Of a stretch of 64,000 nt of DNA, positions 58,383 to 64,000 are shown in pieces (position 1 is the first letter of the stretch; each line of letters starts with the position of its first letter). Made by a program: the position numbers and the translations under genes. The stretch is from Parcubacteria group bacterium (lineage in GTDB: Bacteria > Patescibacteriota > Minisyncoccia > SW-4-49-11): NCBI GenBank assembly GCA_943354045.1, contig CALRBF010000001.1:343598-407597 (forward strand). The letters are read 5' to 3'. Below the pieces are notes generated by a model that worked only from the letters and a program-made list of their open reading frames with translations, had not been told where the DNA came from and did not search any database.

Positions 58383-59106
58383 AAGAGGAGACAAAAACCT
58401 CCTCTTTTATATTTTGGCTCCGGAAGCTGGACGACGTTCGAACCTTTGAGTGGGGGATATAGGTACTTACCTCACCCCTTTCTCACTATAGTTTTGGAGA
58501 AATGAAAAAGCCCCCGCAGTGGCGGGGGTGTGTGCTGAGTAATTGCTACTCAGGGGGTTTTCAAAGTTTCCCCAAGTTTTTGGCCTACTTGATGTAATGC
58601 GACAGCTGGCCACAGTGCAGTTGTACCTAGACCTATCACTAGTTGGGATCTAGATAGCTCTCCTTTCGGGAATTCTGGGCCAAAGGCACCTATACCGACG
58701 GAAAAACCGACCCCCAGTAGTGAGTATGACACTGAGTATGACACCAATACGATCCATGGAAATAGATCGATGGACTTTGCTGGTGCTTCTGGAGCAGTGG
58801 GGGTTGGGCTCTCAGTAGTCATTGGGAATAACGAACATTAGCAAGAATAACATACCACATTTTCCCAATTTTGTCAATATCAAACAACATTATATTCTAA
58901 CTTATACTTTACTTATATATAAACCAAAAAACAGCTAAAATAAGCCGTTTAAAGGGAGCGGGCTCCGCGAGTAGGATTGCAAACCAGTCGTGAATGAGAT
59001 TCACTCCTTGGAACCACTCGGTTCCAATACCTCCACCACGGGAAACTCCCGTTTCCCGACCCCTTCCCCAGGTTCTCATCCTACTCTCTCAAAAGACAAG
59101 AAATAT
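58383..59106 (-). repeat. Tandem unit A (724 bp): terminator + tRNA-3'-end-like element E + small 2-TM ORF + promoter + pseudo-3'-exon fragment
   Basis: Near-identical in organisation and sequence to unit B (59107-59889). The terminator AAAGAGGAGACAAAAA(C/T)CTCC..TTTT is identical to the one following the real tRNA at 59890-59916. Confidence 0.75.
58550..58822 (-). CDS. small hypothetical 2-TM membrane protein (unit A)
   Basis: 90 aa. N-terminus MTTESPTPTAPEAPAKSIDLFPWIVL and C-terminus ALHQVGQKLGETLKTP are identical to the unit B paralog. Own terminator hairpins downstream. Confidence 0.4.
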   Translation of the reverse strand: MTTESPTPTAPEAPAKSIDLFPWIVLVSYSVSYSLLGVGFSVGIGAFGPEFPKGELSRSQLVIGLGTTALWPAVALHQVGQKLGETLKTP

Positions 59107-59889
59107 AAAAGAGGAGACAAAAATCTCCCCTTTTATATTTTGGCTCCGGAAGCTGGACGATGTTCGAACCTTTGAGTGGGGGGTATAAGTACCTACCTCA
59201 CCATCTCCTCACTATAGGTTGGGAGAAATAAAAAGCCCCCGCAGTGGCGGGGGTGTGTGCTGAGTAATTGCTGCTCAGGGGGTTTTCAAAGTTTCCCCAA
59301 GTTTTTGGCCTACTTGATGTAATGCAACAAATGGCCACGCAGCGGTGATACCTGTTATCACTACTGTCTGGGGCAGTGTGAGTAGTTCTTGCGGGTATCT
59401 TGAACCTAAGATACCCTTGGTAAAACCTATTCCCAGCATTGTGTATGATGCCAATACGATCCATGGAAATAGATCGATGGACTTTGCTGGTGCTTCTGGA
59501 GCAGTGGGGGTTGGGCTCTCAGTAGTCATTGGGAATAACGAACATTAGCAAGAATAACATACCACATTTTCCCAATTTTGTCAATACCAAACAACATTAT
59601 ATTCTAACTTATACTTTACTTATATATAAACCAAAAAACAGCTAAAATAAGCTGTTTAAAGGGAGTGGTCTCCGCGAGTAGGATTGCAAACCAGTCGTGA
59701 ATGGGATTTACTCCTTGGAACCACTCGGTTCCAATACCTCCACCACGGGAAACTACCATTCCCATCAATCCCCCCACACCCCGTCTCGGACACCTACGGT
59801 TTCCGACACTCGGAGTAAACTCCTCGCTGCCTTCCTGTCCAGGGGGACTGATACCCCTTCCCCAGGTTCTCATCCTATACTCTCTCAAA
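59107..59889 (-). repeat. Tandem unit B (783 bp), paralog of unit A
   Basis: See unit A. Confidence 0.75.
59275..59529 (-). CDS. small hypothetical 2-TM membrane protein (unit B)
   Basis: 84 aa, paralog of 58550-58822. Confidence 0.4.
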   Translation of the reverse strand: MTTESPTPTAPEAPAKSIDLFPWIVLASYTMLGIGFTKGILGSRYPQELLTLPQTVVITGITAAWPFVALHQVGQKLGETLKTP

Positions 59890-59974
59890 AGATAAGAAAT
59901 ATAAAAGAGGAGACAAAAATCTCCCCTTTTATATTTTGGCTCCGCGAGTAGGATTCGAACCTACGACCAATCGG

Positions 59975-60530
59975 TTACACCTTATCCAAGTATTTCTACA
60001 AGGCGTGGACTATATCATCATCCATCATAGTGATGGAGCGAGGCGCTTCCACTGTATTGCTACAATGTACTCCCTTGCGGGATAGTCTCTGAACCTTCCT
60101 GAGATTTCTCAGGCTTGGCTGCTGATTTCCATAATGTTTCCATCTTAGGGTTCCAGCAATTCACCTCGTGTTTCAACTTCTGTTACCAGAAGAAGCTGCA
60201 ACTAGACCCGCATGAATTTCTTTGTGGCAGTTAGAGCATACCAATACACATTTATCGAGTTCATCTTTCATTTTATCCCAAGATCTTGTAATTCCTTTAT
60301 AGGATATTCCAAAGTCTTTTTGATTGGGATCAGTGTGATGAAATTCTAATGCATCTGTACAGGTATTGTATCCACATAAGGAGCATTTATCTCCCAAGTA
60401 AGATACAGCTTTTTTCTTGAGAAGTTTTCTTCTCTGAGAAACTGCATTTTTAAGATATTCAGCACGATCAGAATATTTTCTTTTGCCAGGCATACTAATA
60501 TAATTAGGTGTACGATGACTCAAGAAGGTA
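59975..60530 (-). mobile_element. Group I intron (about 556 nt) carrying an HNH homing endonuclease ORF
   Basis: Conserved R element GGTTCAGAGACTA (60083-60095, minus) and S element GATATAGTCC (60007-60016, minus) form P7. A candidate IGS GCAGCC is complementary to the exon end GGCUGU with a U-G wobble. Confidence 0.7.
60173..60493 (-). CDS. HNH homing endonuclease (intron-encoded)
   Basis: CSLCGY..EFHHTDPN..CVLVCSNCHKEIH is an HNH/zinc-finger motif. The start is chosen at MPGKRK; the ORF-track start at 60535 is the tRNA anticodon GTG itself. Confidence 0.7.
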   Translation of the reverse strand: MPGKRKYSDRAEYLKNAVSQRRKLLKKKAVSYLGDKCSLCGYNTCTDALEFHHTDPNQKDFGISYKGITRSWDKMKDELDKCVLVCSNCHKEIHAGLVAASSGNRS

Positions 60531-60616
60531 TTCACAGCCGACTGCTCTACCGCTGAGCTATCGCGGAATTAGATTTGAAAGGTACTTGTATATTGTACCG
60601 AATAAGAGAGATATAG

Positions 60617-61141
60617 TCAAGATAAGGCTATAAGGTATTTAGTTGCTCTTCCGGATATTGATTTATGAGTATCTTTTTGGAATTTTTGAAGTCTTGGAAT
60701 AAGCCATTCAGTTAATGGGGGATTATCTTTACTCCAAGTGAATAATGTCTCCATAGTGGTATTGATTACAATCCAATCCTTATGGGTATCGAGATTATGT
60801 TTGAGATGCTGTATGGCAAGGTCTTTTTGTTCTATAGTTAGAGATGGTGATAATAATCGAAATAGGGTAGCTAAAGTCCATTGGGTGGATGCTTGATTAA
60901 TCTTGGTAATTTTTGAGAGTAATATATCGGTGTATGGATATATCCAGTCTGGATGTTCTTTGCATATGCGTTTTAGGGCATTAGAAACACGCAGTCTTAC
61001 CACTTCATCAGATGATGAATAGGTGTCTAATAATTCGGCTACTCTTTTTTTATCTTGAAGTATTAACTCTACCACTTCTAATGTTCGTCCCAGTGAGTTT
61101 GGGTGGCCACCTGTTAACATTTTTTCAAATGATTCACTCAT
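60617..61141 (-). CDS. DNA alkylation repair protein (AlkD/AlkC-like HEAT-repeat glycosylase family)
   Basis: MSESFEKMLTGGHPNSLGRTLEVVE... resembles the DNA_alkylation family. The start is chosen at the internal Met to avoid overlap with 61172. Confidence 0.55.
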   Translation of the reverse strand: MSESFEKMLTGGHPNSLGRTLEVVELILQDKKRVAELLDTYSSSDEVVRLRVSNALKRICKEHPDWIYPYTDILLSKITKINQASTQWTLATLFRLLSPSLTIEQKDLAIQHLKHNLDTHKDWIVINTTMETLFTWSKDNPPLTEWLIPRLQKFQKDTHKSISGRATKYLIALS

Positions 61142-61171
61142 AAGAATATAGATACATGATATACTAAATAT

Positions 61172-61678
61172 ATGGTAGCATATACGATTAAAAAATCCAA
61201 TAAAACAAAACGAGTTAGTATTCGTATTAATGCGAACCGTGAAATTATTGTTGCTATTCCCCCAAGAGTGCCACAATATATTGCGAAGCAATTTGTAGAA
61301 TCTAAGCAGGATTGGATACGAGAAAAATTAGCTACTATCCCGGAGAACGTCTATACTGAGCAGCATTATCAGGAGCATAGGGATAGGGCGAGAATTATTA
61401 TTACAGCCAGAGTGGTATATTGGGCCGAAGTTATGGAGCTTAGTTATAATCGCTTGAGTATACGGCATACTACTACTCGTTGGGGTAGTTGTTCGAGTAA
61501 GCGTAATCTCAATTTTTCTTATCGGCTTATGTTTCTGGAGCCTGAATTGATGGATTACGTGGTAATACATGAGCTTGCTCATCTAGTCGAGATGAATCAT
61601 TCGGTGAGATTTTGGAATATTGTTGCTCAATATTGTCCTGATTATAAAATTTTGAGGGGCTTATTAAGAAAAGTATAA
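61172..61678 (+). CDS. YgjP-like metal-dependent hydrolase (DUF45, zincin HExxH)
   Basis: VIHELAHLVEMNHS is an HExxH motif; size and pattern match DUF45/YgjP. Confidence 0.65.
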   Translation: MVAYTIKKSNKTKRVSIRINANREIIVAIPPRVPQYIAKQFVESKQDWIREKLATIPENVYTEQHYQEHRDRARIIITARVVYWAEVMELSYNRLSIRHTTTRWGSCSSKRNLNFSYRLMFLEPELMDYVVIHELAHLVEMNHSVRFWNIVAQYCPDYKILRGLLRKV

Positions 61679-61707
61679 GTCAATTGCTGTATCATTGATA
61701 TTATGCT

Positions 61708-62193
61708 ATGATGAATCTATATGATAAGAGAAAATATATGCCTACAGTTGGAGAATTAGTACCAGATTTTACACTACAAGATCAAGAAGGGAAGTCTCAT
61801 ACTTTGTCACAATATCGGGGTAAAAAGGTGGTATTATACTTTTACCCAAAAGATATGACTCCGGGATGTACTGTTCAGGCTGAGGGTATGCGAGATTCGA
61901 TGAATGATCTTGAAGCCAAGGAGATTGTAGTGCTCGGAGTAAGTGTAGACGATGTAAAATCCCATAAGAAATTCGTGGAAAAACATAATCTTAACTTCCC
62001 TTTACTGGCCGATACAGATAAAAAAGTAGTAGAGGAATATGGAGTTTGGAAAGAGAAATCTATGTTTGGGAAAAAATATATGGGTATACAGCGAGATACA
62101 TTCCTTATTGATGAGGAGGGTAAGCTTATACAACATTTTACAAAGGTTAATCCTTTGAAGCATGCCGGGCAAGTATTAGAAGTATTGTCTTAG
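61708..62193 (+). CDS. bcp: Thiol peroxidase Bcp (peroxiredoxin)
   Basis: FYPKDMTPGCT active-site motif. Confidence 0.8.
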   Translation: MMNLYDKRKYMPTVGELVPDFTLQDQEGKSHTLSQYRGKKVVLYFYPKDMTPGCTVQAEGMRDSMNDLEAKEIVVLGVSVDDVKSHKKFVEKHNLNFPLLADTDKKVVEEYGVWKEKSMFGKKYMGIQRDTFLIDEEGKLIQHFTKVNPLKHAGQVLEVLS

Positions 62194-62205
62194 AGTAAAT
62201 TTGTT

Positions 62206-63498
62206 ATGCCAAAATTCCAATTACCATCTGGATTTATTGAATATACTCCTGAAGAGCAGGTGAAATTTAATTATATATTGGATACTATTCGAGAAGAATA
62301 TGAACATGCAGGATTCGCTCCTATAGAGACGGCTTCTATTGGATATTCGGAGGTAATTCTCGCTAAAGCTGGAGGAGAATTAGATAAAGAAATATATCGT
62401 TTTCAAAAAGGGGATAGAGATTTGAGTTTACGCTTTGATTTGACGGTGCCATTAGCTCGCTACATAGCTGAGCATAATCGTAATATGGTGTTACCTGCCA
62501 AAATATATCAAATTGGCAAATCCTGGCGAGCTGAAAAACCACAAAAGGGGAGATATAGAGAATTATATCAGGCTGATATCGATATTATTGGTAATAATAG
62601 TAGGCTAGCTGAGGCTGAGATGTTGTCTGTTATTCAGAATGTTTTTGCAATTTTAGAATTGCCAGCAATTACCTTTAGAGTTAGTAATCGTAAAATTCTT
62701 GCGGGGTTATTGGATTCATATGGTATTACCGATATAGCTTCAATTCTGAGAATTGTAGATAAAAAAGCTAAATTATCTGAGGCGGATTGGATACAAGCTC
62801 TCAGGGATATACAAACTCCAGATTTAGCAATAGATACATTATTAAGTTTATTTGAAAATGGGAAAAATAATCAAGAAATAGGTAAATTATTACAGCAACA
62901 GAATATCGATAATAATTTGTATCAAGAGGGAATACAAGAGCTTGAAGAATTTGTTAAATATTTAGAGTTATTTCACGTTAAAAGCTATGTTATAGATATC
63001 TCGATTGTAAGAGGGCAGGATTATTATACAGGAACAGTATTCGAGAGTTTTCTTGCAGGACTAGAGTCTTTTGGAAGTATTTGCTCTGGAGGTAGATATG
63101 ATAATTTGGTGGGACATTATATCGATACTCCTATTACGGGATTTGGAGCTTCTATTGGAGTAAGTCGTCTATTTGGAATTCTGCGAGAACAGGATTGGTT
63201 CCAAGAAATTCAATATGGAGATACTACTAAGATAGGCGTATTCCTATTAAATGAGGATACTGTGGAGGATGATATCAAGTCAATTATTGCACTCCGAGAT
63301 GAGCAAGGAATAGCTTTTGATTTATATCCAGAAATTACCAATTTCAAAAAAGCCTTACAATATGCTAATCGTAAAAATTATACGGAGGCTATATTCTTTG
63401 GAGCTGATGAAGCGAAAGCCGGAGAGGTACTTATTAAAAATATGGAATCAGGAGAGCAGGTAATTGTATTGGTTGGGGATTTGGGGGAGATTGAGTAA
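62206..63498 (+). CDS. hisS: Histidyl-tRNA synthetase
   Basis: Class II motifs: LRFDLTVPLARY (motif 2 region), GGRYDNL (motif 3), C-terminal anticodon-binding domain. Confidence 0.85.
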   Translation: MPKFQLPSGFIEYTPEEQVKFNYILDTIREEYEHAGFAPIETASIGYSEVILAKAGGELDKEIYRFQKGDRDLSLRFDLTVPLARYIAEHNRNMVLPAKIYQIGKSWRAEKPQKGRYRELYQADIDIIGNNSRLAEAEMLSVIQNVFAILELPAITFRVSNRKILAGLLDSYGITDIASILRIVDKKAKLSEADWIQALRDIQTPDLAIDTLLSLFENGKNNQEIGKLLQQQNIDNNLYQEGIQELEEFVKYLELFHVKSYVIDISIVRGQDYYTGTVFESFLAGLESFGSICSGGRYDNLVGHYIDTPITGFGASIGVSRLFGILREQDWFQEIQYGDTTKIGVFLLNEDTVEDDIKSIIALRDEQGIAFDLYPEITNFKKALQYANRKNYTEAIFFGADEAKAGEVLIKNMESGEQVIVLVGDLGEIE

Positions 63499-63502
63499 AA
63501 AT

Positions 63503-63920
63503 CACCTCCACCCCGTCAGGCAAGCCTGACACCCCTCAAGAGGGGGGTCTAAGCTCAGTCCACACCCGGCACTCCGTGCCACCCTCGCCGGCGAGGTACA
63601 GTATATCTTGTCCTCCCTTCTACCCACGGCAGATAAATGGGGGGGCGGACTTTAGGTCGGAGGTGGACAGTATTTTGTAGCGGAGTGGTTTAGTGTTATT
63701 TTGTCCCCCTTCGCCTGCCTGCGGTAGGCAGGGAGGGGGGAAGCCTGAAAGGCGGGGGGGGTGGATAGATCTTTAATTATTTAATATGTTAAAAACAAAT
63801 CCACCCTCCCCCTACGGGGACTCCCCCGCCTAAATAAATATAGGAGGGACGAAAGCCTCCAAAGGAGGATAAATATCAAAGGCGACTGAGAGGCTGCCCC
63901 TACGACTCCCCCTCCCATTC
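63503..63920. repeat. GC-rich hairpin-dense island, composite of family motifs
   Basis: 63566-63605 is the inverted copy of 7987-8021. TGCCTGCGGTAGGCA is the inverse of TGCCTACCGCAGGCA at 7975-7989. CGGGGGGGGTGGATAG resembles 27246-27262. The 3' part (63841-63920) belongs to the GGAGGGAC...GGCGACTGAGAGG...CCCTACGA short-repeat family. Confidence 0.5.
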
Positions 63921-63970
63921 TAAATATCATGTTTTTATGATATAATAGTACTAATAGGTCATAAAATTAT

Positions 63971-64000
63971 ATGAAATTAATATCGTGGAATGTAAATGGG
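63971..64000 (+). CDS. xth: Probable exodeoxyribonuclease III, N-terminal 10 codons only
   Basis: MKLISWNVNG matches the Xth/APE N-terminus (MK..S.NVNG). Truncated by the window end. Confidence 0.4.
   Translation, partial: MKLISWNVNG

Larger units (their letters stand above)
59937..60567 (-). tRNA. tRNA gene split by a group I intron in the anticodon loop (5' exon 60567-60531, 3' exon 59974-59937)
   Basis: 5' exon TCCGCGA-TA-GCTC-AGCGGTA-GAGC-A-GTCGG-CTGTGAA. 3' exon (AA)CCGAT-TGGTC-GTAGG-TTCGAAT-CCTAC-TCGCGGA-G-CCA. Acceptor and anticodon stems pair perfectly; canonical T-loop; encoded CCA. The unspliced loop reads GUG (His). Group I splice rules (exon-terminal U, intron-terminal G) give GUU (Asn) or UGU (Thr). 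G73 and no encoded G-1 argue against His. Confidence 0.6.

Noticed and set aside
59937-60567. Initial reading of the split tRNA as tRNA-His(GUG), suggested by the adjacent hisS
   Set aside because: The GUG is only present in the unspliced 5' half. Group I splice-site rules shift the junction so that the mature anticodon is GUU or UGU. The discriminator is G73 with no encoded G-1, contrary to bacterial tRNA-His.
63499-63515. AAATCACCTCCACCCC after hisS resembles the 16S rRNA 3' end (GGATCACCTCCTT)
   Set aside because: No upstream 16S 3'-domain sequence (GTCGTAACAAGGTA absent). The sequence is part of the GC-rich repeat island.
1-64000. CRISPR arrays
   Set aside because: No regularly spaced short direct repeats with unique spacers were seen. 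The repeats present are irregular and module-like.

Overview
This window is AT-rich (about 30-35% GC) and looks like a small, streamlined bacterial genome, probably Patescibacteria/CPR-like: a type IV pilin, many small hypothetical membrane proteins, few metabolic genes, standard genetic code with RF2 present. It opens in the 3' end of dnaN. Housekeeping genes recognised include comM/yifB, dnaE, uvrB, rpsF-ssb-rpsR-rpsT, ychF, prfB, ftsEX, dcd, alr, speH, hisS, bcp and two fused ABC exporters.

Several regions are compositionally and structurally anomalous, and these are the main findings:

- dnaE 3' end (about 9.8-13.8 kb): three gene cassettes, each bounded by a decayed copy of the dnaE terminus. 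The cargo is a split ABC exporter and two paralogous polytopic membrane proteins.
- tRNA locus (59.9-60.6 kb, minus strand): a tRNA gene interrupted in its anticodon loop by a group I intron. The intron has the canonical R (GGTTCAGAGACTA) and S (GATATAGTCC) elements and encodes an HNH homing endonuclease.
- Downstream of that tRNA (58.4-59.9 kb): a tandem array of about 0.75-kb units, each with a tRNA-3'-end-like fragment, an identical terminator and a paralogous small two-TM protein gene.
- NAD salvage island (53.4-58.4 kb): nrtR, nadM, nadV, pnuC and nadR with moderately raised GC. It is flanked by direct repeats and carries a repeated 19-bp candidate NrtR operator.
- A strongly GC-rich cyanobacterial-type aldehyde-deformylating oxygenase (ADO) gene at 50.5-51.2 kb.
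- A type IV pilin gene carrying GC-rich LamG-like domain segments.
- A sigma70-promoter-to-terminator GC-rich non-coding transcript of about 395 nt at 48.67-49.07 kb. It shares motifs with two other GC-rich intergenic islands (7.93-8.08 kb and 63.5-63.9 kb).
- A RhuM cassette bounded by near-perfect 43-bp direct repeats.
- A ThyX-like protein of double normal length immediately downstream of dcd.

All calls are made by eye from the ORF translations and the raw sequence. Coordinates of hand-mapped repeats may be off by 1-2 nt.
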